Shown piece after piece: positions 15,301 to 28,509 of a stretch of DNA of 64,000 bases. The number at the start of each line of letters is the position of its first letter. Within the stretch, counting starts at the first letter, position 1. The position numbers and the translations under genes were made by a program. The DNA comes from Bugula neritina (lineage: Eukaryota > Animalia > Bryozoa), in assembly GCA_964035545.1 (NCBI GenBank), contig OZ037765.1, positions 32,487,504 to 32,551,503 of the forward strand, given 5' to 3'. The notes under the pieces were generated by a model that saw only the letters and a program-made list of their open reading frames with translations, searched no databases and had not been told where the DNA came from.

Positions 15301-18300
15301 TATTCTTTGCTTGCTTAGCTGGCAGGATTTTATTTTGACATTTCGGCCATTTTGGTTGAGTGCCGAGTCTGGTGTTATGACAACTCCTCAACTTCCTGTT
15401 TAGCTCTGAGTCCACTGTTTGACGAGGGAAAAAAGGAGCTGTATTTTCAGCAATGCTTTATCATCGAGAAGAAACTGGGTGCTGGCTCATTTGGGGATGT
15501 AAGTTGAAGATATTCAATTGATTTGGTTTTATGAGTTTTCAGTTCATTTTATTGCTTTTATTCATTTTTTTGCATATAAATTTTAATTTATGCTGGTGTA
15601 ATTAAAATTACTACTTCAAGCAATTTCAGTTATGCTACACTACTGCCTCTCAACTCTTATACTTAATATATGTTGAATGATTTTATGGCAGGTCTATAAA
15701 GTGAGGTCTAAAGAAGATGGCAAACATTATGCGGTTAAGAGGTCAAAGGAGCGATTTAAAGGTGACATTGACAGGTATTACCTCCCCTTACACAAGTATT
15801 ATCTCCCCTTACACAAGTGTTATCTCCCCTTACACAAGTGTTATCTCCCCTTACACAGGTATATACCTCCCCTTACACAAGTATTATCTCCCCTTACACA
15901 AGTATTATCTCCCTTTACACAGGTATTACCTCCCCTTACACAAGTATTACCTCCCCTTACACAGGTATTATCTCCTCTTACACAAATATTATCTCCCCTT
16001 ACATAAATAGTAACTAAGTAGCTAGTACTAACCTCAAAGCAGCCACAATAATTGGCAACCACAAAAAATTATATATTTATTACATAAAAAATATTATGTT
16101 GTGGATGTTTAATAATCATAATAATGAGAGAGCATTGTCTGTGGGTATTGTTTGTACGCTAATGGGCAGACAACTCTAAAGTGCAATATCCCCTACATTT
16201 ATCAATGACATGCTATAAGAGTATGAATTGTTGCTGTAGGCAGAGGAAGTTGGAGGAAGTGTCAAAACATGAACTGCTGCCTGAACATCCCAACTGTGTC
16301 AAGTTCTACAGAGCGTGGGAGGAGCGGCAGCACCTGTATATTCAGACAGAGCTGTGCGAGACCAGGTACCTGCCATAGTATACCTGGCTTATTATACCTG
16401 GCATAGTATACCTGTCGTAGTATACCTTCCATAGTATAGCATAGTAGCTTGTATATTACCATGCCTGGTCACTATTAGTCAGTCGATCTAAATGTAGCTA
16501 AAAGGTATGAATTTATTTTAATTTGTCAAAGCAATGCAACCATAAACTTCCTTTTCATAGTCTGTCACTGAAAGAATTTGTAGTGGGGATATCCACTATC
16601 CAGGCTATTAGGTATAGTAGAACTATCTAGATATTTCAGTTAACTTGTACTATCAACTTATTTCATTCACTTAGCAAATGTATTGAGTTATACAAGAAGT
16701 GTAAAGTTGTTGCTCTTTGCCAACTCATGACACAACAGTTCATTTAGTTTATGGCTATGATATAATATCAAGTATATTGTACTGTGTTCCAGTATAAAGG
16801 CAGCACTGGTCCAGTTGAGAAGTGCTGCAGCATTTATAATATATTTTAGCTTTCACTTAATTGGTTCTCTCCTTGAATGCTAGTGTAATACTCTCTTCTG
16901 TCTTCCCTCCCTTCTTTAAGATTCATGTAAAATCTTGTTTCCTGTCCTGCCTCATTATCATCTTCCATTTCTATTTTTTCGGTAGTTTCTCTGACTACAG
17001 TTGGTTGCAAGTAGTCGTCGCTGGCGTCACTTTTCTCGCCTTTAATGTCGGTCCTGCTCGGTGGTGTCTGACCGAAGACGTTGTTTTGTCTTACTTCCCT
17101 GTTCAGAGTTCTGAACTTTCTCCGGAGCCTGCAACAAATATATTCAAGCTTACTTTGACTGTGGTTTACATCTCTGGTGACAGTGTATGATACACTGGAG
17201 GGGAGTGTAGGGGGCTACAACTATCCCCTGCTAACTATCACAAATTAAACACTTATATTTGAAACTCAAGCTTAAAATTAAAAATTCGAGCCTCGTCTAC
17301 GGAAGTGAATGGAGCATTTCCTGTTCAAACAGAGTTTATTGAATATGGCTTTTTTATACACAGAACTAGACAATCTTTCTGTTAGTCAATGCTGTTGTGG
17401 GTTGAGTTACTGGGCATGCTCAGACTAATTAGTTGCTCGCAACACTTCCTGTCCTACCTCAAGTAAAGGAGTGACACCATCGCTGACGCAGCCAGGGCAG
17501 CTCCAGCTATCACTGATAAGGCAGCAATTGCATCCATCAAACCTAAAAAGAGGAAGTTGTGCATGTTCGGGAGATAATCACTCATTGTATCACTGTGAGC
17601 TCTAGGAATGGTCTTACAGCATCGGGTTGTAAAAAATACATGTCTAAAAATATATGCCTGAAATTGGATAATTTCAGACATCCAATTTTAGCTTCAAGGC
17701 ATTTTATTTCTTATTTTATCTGAAACTTTTGGATGAAAACCTCATTCCTTATTAAAGATTATAAAATATTGATAAAGAGTATAGAAAGATTATAATTAGT
17801 GTTATAAACTCCCACCTAAAGATTTTCCCGAAGAGTCGTTTGATAGTTGTGAAGTCGAAGTGGAGGTATGGAGGGAACTTGAAGGGTTTGAAGAGGCATC
17901 TCTGTGTGGTGTCATGCTTGTAGTGAAAAGTGTAGACACTGTAGTAGGTAGTGTAGACACTGTAGTGGGTGGTGTAGACACTGTAGTGGGTGGTGTAGCC
18001 ACAGTTGGAGAGGATGTAAACACTGTAGTAGAAGATGTAAATGCTATTGCTGTTAAAACCAGATTTGGAGTTAGTGTAATTGAACTAGAGAGAGAGGGAT
18101 AGTGATGTCTTGTACATACACTTTAATGTAATATATTCTACATGTAGAACTTTTAGTGGAAACTGTAGGGAAAGTTTAGTTTGGCAGTCCTCTGCCAGAT
18201 AACAACAAAAAGTTATTAGTTCTAGCTAACCTCGTGTAAATCTATTCTAGAATGTATGAAGGCAAAAGTTCTCAAGCGTGTTATTAAACCTTACCCAATT

Positions 18301-21300
18301 ATTCAGGAAATGCATTTGCCCTCCTATTTGATTTGTCTCAATCACGCATTTTATGGTTTTAAGAGAACTTTGTAAAAATGCTACTCTCTATTGATATAAA
18401 AAGTAGTAAAAAAGCTGTAAATTTTTTTATCAGTGCATGAATACAGACTGTTATGCAATTCAATAAATGCTTTTTTGACTAATTTATTGAAATAATTTTA
18501 ATATGAATTAGATACTCACGCAAAGCTGATAGGAGAAACAAGGTTATGGCAGAACACCGAATCATATTTACGCCCAAACTCTTCGCCCAAACTCTTCGGT
18601 TAAAATGCAGCTAATGTTTAACTCAAACTAATTTTTTAGAATAATCTGGTCAATCCTTAAAAATGCAAACTTCTCTCTAATCACATGATAACTAATTGTT
18701 TCAACACGTATAATTTGTTGTTGATATTAGCTCTGCTTCCTGGTAGCCGTTCCTATAATCTGTTGGTGGTCTCACATCTGTATCTACACTGTTGGTGGTC
18801 TCACATCTGTATCTAATCTGTTGGTGGTCTCACATCTGTACCTACACTGTTGGTGGTCTCCCATCTGTATCTCAACTGTTAGTGGTCTCACATCTGTATA
18901 TAATCTGTTGGTGGTCTCACATCTGTATCTACACTGTTGGTGGTCTCACATCTGTATCTCAACTGTTGGTGGTCTCACATCTGTATATAATCTGTTGGTG
19001 GTCTCACATCTGTATCTACACTGTTGGTGGTCTCACATCTGTATCTACACTGCTGGTGGTCTCACATCTGTATCTAAACTGTTGGTGGTCTCACATCTGT
19101 ATATAATCTGTTGGTGGTCTCACATCTGTATCTACACTGTTGGTGGTCTCCCATCTGTATCTACACTGTTGGTGGTCTCACATCTGTATCTACATTGTTG
19201 GTCTCACATCACATCTGAAAAGCTACCTAATTTCAACCAAATATATGGCTTTTATCTACCTTCACCTTTAATACGAACTACACTGAAAGTAGATATCATA
19301 GACATCGTTATTCTATGTACCAGAGCTCACTTGTAAATGAAAGCTCATGTTCTAAAAGCTGCCTAAAACATATACTGATATATTTCTATGGCGTGCTGTG
19401 TTATAAAGTGTGTATAGATCTGGTAGTCAGTCTAGTAGAGATGGTGTGGATGTACATACTAGGTGATGTTGTGAAACACCACACCTGATTATCTGGCAAA
19501 GTGCCCAGATGTTGAAGTAATTACCTCAGCTCCCAACATCTGAGCTCATTGCTTGGTTGTTCCCCACCACCCCCCAACCCTCATTGCCAGGTTGGATATA
19601 GCACAGTATTGTAACTTAACTTATGTTGTCTACATTCTATTCTAGTCTGGCTGACTTAACAGAGCAGGAACATGAAATTCCCGAGAAACTGGTTTGGAGT
19701 TATCTCGTAGATCTTTTAATGGTGAGTAATTGCTCTCTTGGGGAAAACCGCCTGGAATACTAACAATGGAGTTCTGGTATTTCAGAATTTATATAAGCAG
19801 TAGAATTATATTTATATAAATTATTTTTCAGCTATGAATGTTGTTTAGAAGATTGAAGGATTTTAGTATTAGCAGCAAAATACATTTTTATTTCTTTGCT
19901 TCTTGTAAAATTTAAAGTAGAGAAAAGAATTGTATGCAAAGTGTTAGAATTATTTGTGTAAATCTTGGTATCTCTCTGAGTCATTTAAATAGTACTGACT
20001 GAGTGACTTGAGTAGTACTTAGTGACTTGAGTAGTACTTAGCGACTTGTGTAGTACTTAGTGACTTGAGTAGTACTGAGTGACTTGAGTAGTACTTAGTG
20101 ACTTGAGTAGTACTTAGCGACTTGTGTAGTACTTAGCCTAGGGCCACACGGTGCGTATTTTCGCATGCGAAAATTGAAATCACAAGTAGCAAAGGTGTCC
20201 ACTGTGCGCGTTGAGAAAACCTTCGCACTTGTCGCTCTGCATTTTCAACGCAAGTGCGAATCGTCTCTGTCGTCGTCACCTAATTGGCTGGTAGCTATTC
20301 AGCGAGCCCAATTTCTTTATTTAGTGCTATATTCCAGTAAATTGCGTTCTATTGAAAGCGAGTGCGATTTAAAAATAAAAGCTTTATTTATCACGCGTCA
20401 CTGAAGCTACAGTGGACACCTCTGCTAACCGTGATTTTAATTTTCGCATGCAAAAATACGCACCGTGTGGCCCTAGGCTTAGTGACTTGAGTAGTACTTA
20501 GTGACTTGAGTAGTACTTAGCGACTTGTGTAGTACTTAGTGACTTGAGTAGTACTTAGTGACTTGAGTAGTACTTAGTGACTTGAGTAGTACTTAGTGAC
20601 TTGAGTAGTACTTAGTGACTTGAGTAGTACTTAGCGACTTGTGTAGTACTTAGTGACTTGAGTAGTACTTAGTGACTTGAGTAGTACTTAGTGACTTGAG
20701 TAGTACTTAGTGACTCAGTCAGTACTCTGTTGTTAAAGTTCTTGTATATTTCCTAAATGACAGCATAAAGTTCATAATTTTTAATGTTGCTCCGTGTGCT
20801 GACAGACTGTATGCTAACACACTGCTATACTGTATGCTAACACACTACTATACTGTTGCAGGCCGTGAAGCACCTACACGATCACGACCTCATACATATG
20901 GACATCAAACCAGACAATATATTCATAGCCAAAGATGGTACATGTCAGCTCGGCGACTTTGGGCTCATCCTCGACTTATCTAAGGTTGGTATTGCCTGCG
21001 TACACGGGTGACTGATACTTGGAATATGTCGATTGTGTATGTAGAATATGTATTACCTGGACACACTGTTTTGTGCTAGCCAATAAAATACTGTTTTTCT
21101 CGTAGTAACTTCGTTTCGAGTGAAAACTTACTTTCGTTCTAAACTACATAAGTACGGAAATTTTAGTAAAAATACTCACAACTAATAGTTATAACGGAGC
21201 TCTGGATTATTAACTCCTTTTGCAAAGAGCTTGCTACGCATACAAAGGATTCAGCAGTCTACATCTCCATGTATATTGTAGAATTTGGACCTGTCAGAGG

Positions 21301-24300
21301 CCCAAGAAGGGGACCCAAAGTACCTCGCCCCTGAACTCATGCAAGGAAAGTTTACTAAGGCTGCAGATATATTCAGGTGTGTTACTCGTTCGTCTGCTAC
21401 TGTAGTTGTCTTTTCTTCATAGAACTGTGTAGTGAGATTGTAGGTATATGTGTAATGTGTAGTCACTTTTATATTATATGGATGCAGCCAAGTTAATTTT
21501 ATTGAAGTTGTCTCTCCAGTAAGTTTTGTTTAAAAGTTGAGTATTTATATACTCGGACACTTTTGTTAGTTAATGTAACTACTTTTAAAGCTTTTAGGTT
21601 TGTGGGTGATGTATGTTGGTGGTAGTTGTTCTCTCTTTTAATACACGATAAATAGTATCTTTGGATTAGTTGATTTCATATCCTCTACTCTGAATACTTT
21701 GTGTTGGGGTAGGCTTGCATATACATTATTTATTATTATTATTCTTTTTCTATGTCACTGCTATTGTTTTATCATGTTAAATATATTAAATGGTAATTTA
21801 TATTATATAATATACTAGTTTATATAATATTATTTAATAATTTATATTATATTTAATATACTAATTTATATTATATTATTTAATAATGTATACTATACAT
21901 TAATTTATATATAATAATTTATATTATATTGTTTAATAAGTTATTTTAAATTATATTATATATCTCAAAGAATGTAACAATTTATGAACCTCAGCAATGA
22001 ATTACAAAGAAATAAGTTTCAGTCTGTGTTTTCCTCCATAGCCTGGGAATTACAATTCTCGAGTTAGCCTGTGATCTGGACCTGCCCAGAGGAAACATGG
22101 GGTGGCATCAGCTACGAAGTGGCACTCTTCCCGAAACTATAACTAAAGGTGAGGGTCAGCTCTAGAAATACTAAACATTCCTGTAGGTCAAAGTGTGCTT
22201 ATGTTGGTTTGTGTAGTGGAAATATATTTCGTCTTTCGTGCTACTGTTGCTGTTGTACTCACAGAATATTTAATATAGTCTGTTATGCATCTTAATGTGA
22301 TTGGGTTATCTTTTGCAAAATTTTCTCCCTCCGTTACTGTGCTTTTGTACCTTCAATAGAAAAGACTTGCATGCGGTTGGTGATGTCAACCAATAGTATT
22401 ATCTAATGCATTGTAGTCATAGTTAGCTTTAACTTCCTGTTTATTGGGGTTTGGCAGATTTTCTATATGTGTGTGTAATACATCAAACTGTTGCTGCATG
22501 GAAACACAGTTCAAATTATCAGCGACTGTTATCGACTTCTTGCTCTGTGCTATACTTACTCTCTGCTATACCCTTGCTATACCTACTGTATATGCTATAC
22601 TTACTGTGTGCTATACATACTGTGTGCTATACCTACCGTGTGCTATACATACTGTGTGCTATACATACTGTGTATGCTATACTTACTCTGTGCTATACAT
22701 ACTGTGTATACTATACTTACTCTGTGCTATACCTATTCTATACTTATAGACCGAGTATCCCCTGAACTGTTGGATGTTATTATGTTGATGATGGAACCCG
22801 ACCCCATACAGAGACCAACTGCTGAGTCTCTCCTCAGTCTAGTGGTGATTAAGAAGGTTCAGCGATACAACTCTCTCCGTAAACAGGTATATTTTATCTT
22901 ACCTCACAAGTTCATGTCTAGTAACCTACAACTAACCCTTTCACACTACTATACACAATGACCTGCTGTTTACAGAAAGAAATAATGGAGGCAAAACTGC
23001 TAAATTTCTGGAACTACATTCTGCACCTGCTCACCTTGTTCTGGGGCTTGTTTACTCCCACCGAAGTTGACCTCCCAGTCGGAGAGGATGCTGACCTTTC
23101 AAGGTCATCCGCTAGCGATGTGGTTATAAATAGCTCCTGGGATTCTGATGGTATGTCTTTAGACGGTTTATTTCAAGGATATTTCTTTGTAATTTAATTT
23201 GTTGTGATGCACATCTGAATAAAACTAGCCATCTGTGACTCCTATCAGACAGCATGTAGGAAGAGAATGACAGAGTAGTTGTTGAAGTGTGCGTATGATG
23301 TTACAGAGGACGTGTTTATGGACAGCAGTATCTCTAGAACTCTCGACTTTTCATCTGAGAGTAACGAAAGTGAAGAGTTCACTCTGCCCTTCCGGTAAGT
23401 TGCAGCACAGACCTCTACACTGATACTCATAAGAGCACTGACCTCTACACCAGGCTAGTCATCACTTTGCATACAAACACTGAGCTCTACTTTATGCAAG
23501 TGGTTAGATTATCTTGTCAATGTTCGGAATAGCAGGAACTCTTTTCTTAGACGACAAGTATTTAATCTCTCAGCTAAGTGCTGTGCCTCTTATCATACAG
23601 GCAGTACAATTTTACACTTTTACTGTGACACTGTGTAACCAATGTCTGGGCCTCAAACCCGTGACTCGTGTCATACCAGTTCTGTTCAATTATCTCCTCA
23701 ATGTGAATACCTCTAGACTCTAAAGTTTGTGCGGCACACACTGTTGTAAAGCAGTATTTTATTTGACGGCACTGTTTTAGCCCTCCTCCCCCCAAGTGTC
23801 TCACCACCGGAGCACGACGTCAACCAGTTCGAACAGCTAGAATATTGGGCGGAGTTGAATCTCCCGTCAAAACACCCAGTCAAGGGTCGCCGATTCTACT
23901 TCCCTCATCCAGGTACTTCACCTCATAATGTTGTATGCTGGGCTACCTTTCTGAAAGAGTTTATCTTGTGTTATACTTTAATTGGAGATATAGACGTTGG
24001 GAGTTGTAACACTTTTTGCAAACACCGCTAAGTAACTATAGCATTGTGTTGGCACATGGCTACGTTATATTTGTATGTGGATGTAGTGGCATAGATAGCC
24101 TATAAATATATTCTTCTAAAAATAGTTGTTTGTATTTTAAAATGTGTTAATATTTCAATAGTTGCACCATAGTGTTGTTTGCTGTGATCCAATCACTTTA
24201 GGGAAGTGATTTGTTGAATCATTTCCTTGTTAATTAGGTCATCCAGGAGTTCGACAGCTGCTGTCGCTGCCCCTAACCCCTCGTCTACTACGCCCCCTAG

Positions 24301-25040
24301 CTGCAGAAAGAAGATGATCTTTGACAATGAAGACAACTACTTGCCCATCGGACCCAAGAATCTAATGGCTGTGAGTATTCAGTCAACTGATTTTACTACA
24401 TTGCTAGCTTATTGACAGCATTTCCAACTTGATTATTTTGTTTGCTATAAATGCTTTACCTCGAGTTTTACTGTTCATGCCACATTTCGTACACTGTGTT
24501 AATTCAATTACTAACCATACACATAATATAAACATTATGAAAGTCCTTAGCTTGCTTAAAATATCCCTTTTCATCAGAGGTTCTCACAGGAATAGTGACT
24601 ATAAACTCGAATGAGTGGATAATTTTAATATTTGAATTTGATAAAGAAGAGAGTTCAATCGATAGTTGTATGTTCTTTGGTAGCCCCGTTGGTGCATTGC
24701 AAATAAGTTTTAATTTGGAGGTCATCTAAGAATCTCGACTTTTTCTAGTATCTGCAAGTTTCTTTGAAGTAAAATAGTTTCAATTCTTTAAGCGTGACAT
24801 AGTATCACACTGTGTAGCAGTGTGGGGAAGTAGGGAAGGTCTGTGTAGAGCATTGTAGGTGTATAGGAAGTTGACCACACAGCATGGGCCACCCATATTG
24901 TGACCTCGTGACCGTCTCAACTCTCCCTAGTAATCTGTGGAGAACTGAAATGTTAATATCACTGTTACTGCACCCTGCTGTTATAAACTCATGTCTTTTA
25001 GGTATTTGATGCAGCGGATTCGGACAATGAAGGACTCTGA
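12315..25040 (+). CDS. PKMYT1: Membrane-associated Tyr/Thr-specific Cdc2-inhibitory kinase Myt1
   Basis: 15 phase-consistent exons: 12315-12431, 14893-15034, 15404-15498, 15692-15774, 16240-16365, 19646-19721, 20862-20984, 21282-21376, 22042-22148, 22750-22886, 22976-23150, 23307-23394, 23781-23912, 24238-24370, 25002-25040. Motifs: [43 protein letters not shown], a hydrophobic membrane segment, C-terminal PKNLMAVF. Start could also be ATG 12333. Confidence 0.95.
15772..16003. repeat. 21-bp minisatellite (ACARGTATTAYCTCCCCTTAC)n
   Basis: About 11 copies starting at the PKMYT1 exon-4 donor; several units contain CAG|GTAT. Confidence 0.9.
16846..18085 (-). CDS. Nested antisense gene: single-pass membrane protein with Ser/Thr-rich mucin-like stalk and Tyr-containing tail (5' end unresolved)
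   Basis: Three phase-compatible GT-AG exons: 18085-17816 (TTVSTPP repeats), 17542-17458 ([26 protein letters not shown]-like), 17128-16846 (RLRRKFR stop-transfer, DDYL, FYMNL, EYYTSI, TAA). Confidence 0.7.
18760..19212. repeat. 29-bp minisatellite (CTGTTGGTGGTCTCACATCTGTATCTACA)n
   Basis: About 15 tandem copies in PKMYT1 intron 5; no unique spacers. Confidence 0.92.
20000..20715. repeat. 19-bp minisatellite (AGTGACTTGAGTAGTACTT)n interrupted by a MITE
   Basis: Tandem copies on both sides of 20136-20478. Confidence 0.9.
20136..20478. mobile_element. MITE, PIF/Harbinger (Tourist)-like
   Basis: Near-perfect ~48-bp TIRs GCCTAGGGCCACACGGTGCGTATTTT.. / ..AAAATACGCACCGTGTGGCCCTAGGC, flanked by TTA on both sides (20133-20135, 20479-20481); no coding capacity. 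Confidence 0.85.
22543..22749. repeat. ~18-20-bp minisatellite (TGTGCTATACWTACTG)n
   Basis: Tandem repeat ending at the acceptor of PKMYT1 exon 10. Confidence 0.85.
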
Positions 25041-27093
25041 CATCACTTCCTCTTTCTGTTTGGTCAACTCTCCGCTACTCGATTATGATGCAATCGTATT
25101 TTCAATGACTCGGAAAATATGTAGATACAGATGTTATTTTTGTTAACTTATTTTATTTACAAATATTTTTTGAATGGCTGATATGTCTTTTCTTTCTGCA
25201 AGGCAAGTTGCTTTTGCTGGTTAAAGCTGTTAGGGGCGTTGCAATTATCCACATTCTTCTAAATATAACGCAATATGTATGAAATGATGAAATATTTTTA
25301 TTTAGTTATTTGAAGATTGATTAACGTTGCTTTAGTCGCAGTATTTTTCTATTTTGGTTACAACTGTTGCTTTGTATTGTCTATCATCAGTGTTGCCACC
25401 AACTGTTATAGTTATTGGTTATCAAGTTTAATAAATGATATATTTATAGTTAGTAACAATTACCTAGTCTACGTAATTCCTGTCTGCTGTAATGCTGAAT
25501 ACATGTTGGTTACATTTTATACTTACCCTTCATTCACACTTGGCTGTATTGTACGCTGTAACGTACAACATCAGCCATTTTTTATGTGTCCGGGCTAAAG
25601 TTTTCAAATTCAGTTAAGTCTGAAATATGTGTTGTCTTGGCTGGTAATTCTTATTGTGATCGGGGGGGGGGGGGGGGGGCAATGTTGATTGTGCTTGTTG
25701 ATTTTTACAGGTAGGCTAAGGGTTTAGAATACACTTTCTTCAACAGTTTGTTGAACTATTCTTAGAATTTGCCTTCTACATACGGTAGGCCTTTCAAAAA
25801 GCAACTGCTAGGGTAATACAGCTCGCGATTTTGTCAAGCTGCTAAGGTGTGTATCTTCTGGAATATTTGGCCATATAGCATATATCATACTGTTTTATAT
25901 CCCCTATAATATCTACCTAAATTCTAAACTGTGTTTACTATTGGGTCATACAGCTGTCTGCTACCACAATATATTTTAGCAGCTCCTTATTAGTACCTTG
26001 GGAGTTATTAAGTTGCAACAGTTGTATTACTTGAATGGATTACGTAATCTCTCCAGGCAAAGATCTGATTTAAATATCTCAAATAAATGCAATCCAGAAT
26101 CAATTGCTCATGGATAAGAATTAAAACAAAATATTAGTTTGTGTGGGGGGAGGGGTGTGTACCCCAGTTTTGTTTAGAACTTCCGATAGATTTTCCTGCA
26201 TGTTTAGTGTTCATGCCTGGATGCACATGGAAGTAAATGCCTGGGACAAATTTCATTTTAAACCAATTTTATTGAATTTATAACAAATAGACATATGTTA
26301 TGGTTATAATATAGAGAATACTGGAGTATATTGCAATATCAGTAATACTAGAGCAGTAATGTATATATAATTCTCCAAAATATGTGTCATAATAAGTGTT
26401 TTAGAATTGAGCCATGAGCTTGGTATACATGAATGATATGTTCAACTGCAATGTGGCATTTTCAAATCCCTAACAAAATTTTTTAAAAGTTGGTCTAACA
26501 GTTGAAATTTTAAAATTTAAGAATAATTAAAAGCTGTTATACTGTTTTATAAGATTCTATGCACAATGACTAAAAACCAAAACATCTAATTCTAAGTGTC
26601 TAATATCAATTCCCAGTGGGTTCCCACATGTTTGCTTCTTTTTATTGCATATATGACTGCAGTTTATATATAAATACTAGCTCACTATATATAAGCTCCC
26701 ACACATAATACTACTGCTCATTTAGTGAAAGGAACCTACCATGTAACAACGCTTCAGGTTCGTGTGCATATACAATATTGATAGTGTAACTCTTCAAAAC
26801 AATCGATTTTACTCATAAAGCTAATACTGTACAATTTCCTATTATGCTGTACAAATATTATGAAGAACATAATATTTTGTTAAAAATATATTATGTATGT
26901 AATTAGATAAAAATATTCAATCACATCGCAGGAAATGTTGGTATCCTGGTATAGACTTATTTTTAGCTATAATACATGCAATGTATTTCTAGTCTAATAA
27001 GAATGATCTTCTCAGTGATAATTACAATATTTCAATAAACAGACCTAGATAAATCACTCACAAAGTGCAAATAAATATTGCAGGTACTACACA

Positions 27094-28509
27094 ATGGAGC
27101 ATATTATTTACGAGATGTGTTTGAACTGGAGACAGGAAACAGCTTTTGATGGGGAAGGGGTGATAACTCCAACAAACTCATCATACTTCAGTTTCAACGA
27201 CTCTGTTTCAGTGAATGACTCATTTAGTAATCTCACAGAGTATGACTTCAGGGAAGAGTTGTGTTCGGAAAACTTTGCCGGGATAACTGAGCTCCTGAAT
27301 GAAGATTCACCGATAACTAAGCTGAAGTATCAGTTGAACGGAATATTTGGTCTCAACATTTGCATATTCGGGCTGATTGGCAACTTATTGTCTATATCGG
27401 TACTGAAGGAAAAGTCCTTCTCGTCATCCAGTTCAAAGGGGATTTCCTCCAGCACAGTTCTCTATTTGATAGCCCTAGCTATCGCAGATAGCTGCCTTCT
27501 CTCGTTTGCTTCCTTTATCTGCCTCAACATCATTTTAAAAGAGGCTCTTCCCAGTTCAACAGAAGTTCACAATTACATCAACTACACGTCTACTTTCGTC
27601 ACCTACATGCTGGACATATTTCAGACGTGTTCCACGTGGCTTACCGTGGCGTTTACCGTTGACCGGTATATTATGATATGTTTCCCGTTTGGTGGAGGTA
27701 AATACTGCACTCGGCACAAAGCTCTTGTGGTAATCACTTGCCTCTACATAGCCTCGGCTATCTACAACACTCCCAGCTTGTTTGAGTTCAAGTGCGTTCC
27801 TCAGCAGCGCGTCAGGGAAAATGGTGAAAAGTATTTATTCGTAAAGCGCACCCTGACAGACTTTGGTAAGAGTCGGGAGTATCTTGAAGTGTACCATTTC
27901 GGCATGTATTTAGTGTTTATTGTAGGGCTACCTTGTTGTACCCTTGCAGTGCTAAACCTAAGACTGATAGTCACGGTCAAACAATCGAAATCTACCGAGC
28001 GGAGGCTAAGCCTTGGCACAGCGACAGCACGCCAACGAAATGATACGACAATCATGTTAGTGGCTGTTGTGGTTGCTTTCTTTCTGCTTCAAGTGCCAGC
28101 CATGGTGTCTCATTTGATATGGTCACAAATTCCTTCAAAAGTGGTGGATATTGACCCCCAGTATGACGCACTGAGGGTTTTATATCACGTCACAGACCTC
28201 TTGGTGATTCTCAACTCCGCTGTTAATGTCCTCCTCTACTATGGGTTTAGTCGCAACTTTAGAAGAAAGTTCATTGCCAAATTTTGTCACCAGCCAAACA
28301 AGTTTCTCTCTCAAGGATTCAGAAGAAAACTGTCCTGTCGGAGTGGTAGTGGTGATGGCACCGTTGCGTCGTGGTACGTACCCAAACAGGAAACAGCAAG
28401 AAAGCAGAGTCGGTCAGGATCTTTTCTTGAGTCATCCAACACCTCCAGCAGCTTGAAGTTTGAACAGCTTATGGCTGGCCAACTGAAAGACCAAAAACAT
28501 AAAAGCTAG
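27094..28509 (+). CDS. Class A GPCR, FMRFamide/sex-peptide-receptor-like neuropeptide receptor
   Basis: Intronless 471-aa ORF with 7 hydrophobic segments, GN in TM1, LAxAD in TM2, DRY, TTIML..FF..QxP in TM6, NSAVNVLLY in TM7, N-terminal N-glycosylation sequons. Confidence 0.9.
   Translation: MEHIIYEMCLNWRQETAFDGEGVITPTNSSYFSFNDSVSVNDSFSNLTEYDFREELCSENFAGITELLNEDSPITKLKYQLNGIFGLNICIFGLIGNLLSISVLKEKSFSSSSSKGISSSTVLYLIALAIADSCLLSFASFICLNIILKEALPSSTEVHNYINYTSTFVTYMLDIFQTCSTWLTVAFTVDRYIMICFPFGGGKYCTRHKALVVITCLYIASAIYNTPSLFEFKCVPQQRVRENGEKYLFVKRTLTDFGKSREYLEVYHFGMYLVFIVGLPCCTLAVLNLRLIVTVKQSKSTERRLSLGTATARQRNDTTIMLVAVVVAFFLLQVPAMVSHLIWSQIPSKVVDIDPQYDALRVLYHVTDLLVILNSAVNVLLYYGFSRNFRRKFIAKFCHQPNKFLSQGFRRKLSCRSGSGDGTVASWYVPKQETARKQSRSGSFLESSNTSSSLKFEQLMAGQLKDQKHKS

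Noticed and set aside
15677-16062. Overlapping ORFs with LPLHK/SPYT/PLTQ repeats
   Set aside because: Products of the 21-bp intronic minisatellite; only 15692-15774 is exonic.
18760-19212. 29-bp repeat array resembling CRISPR, and its ORFs
   Set aside because: Head-to-tail units with no unique spacers, eukaryotic intron context, no cas genes.
25662-25679. Poly-G run as a G-quadruplex regulator
   Set aside because: Simple homopolymer with no supporting context.
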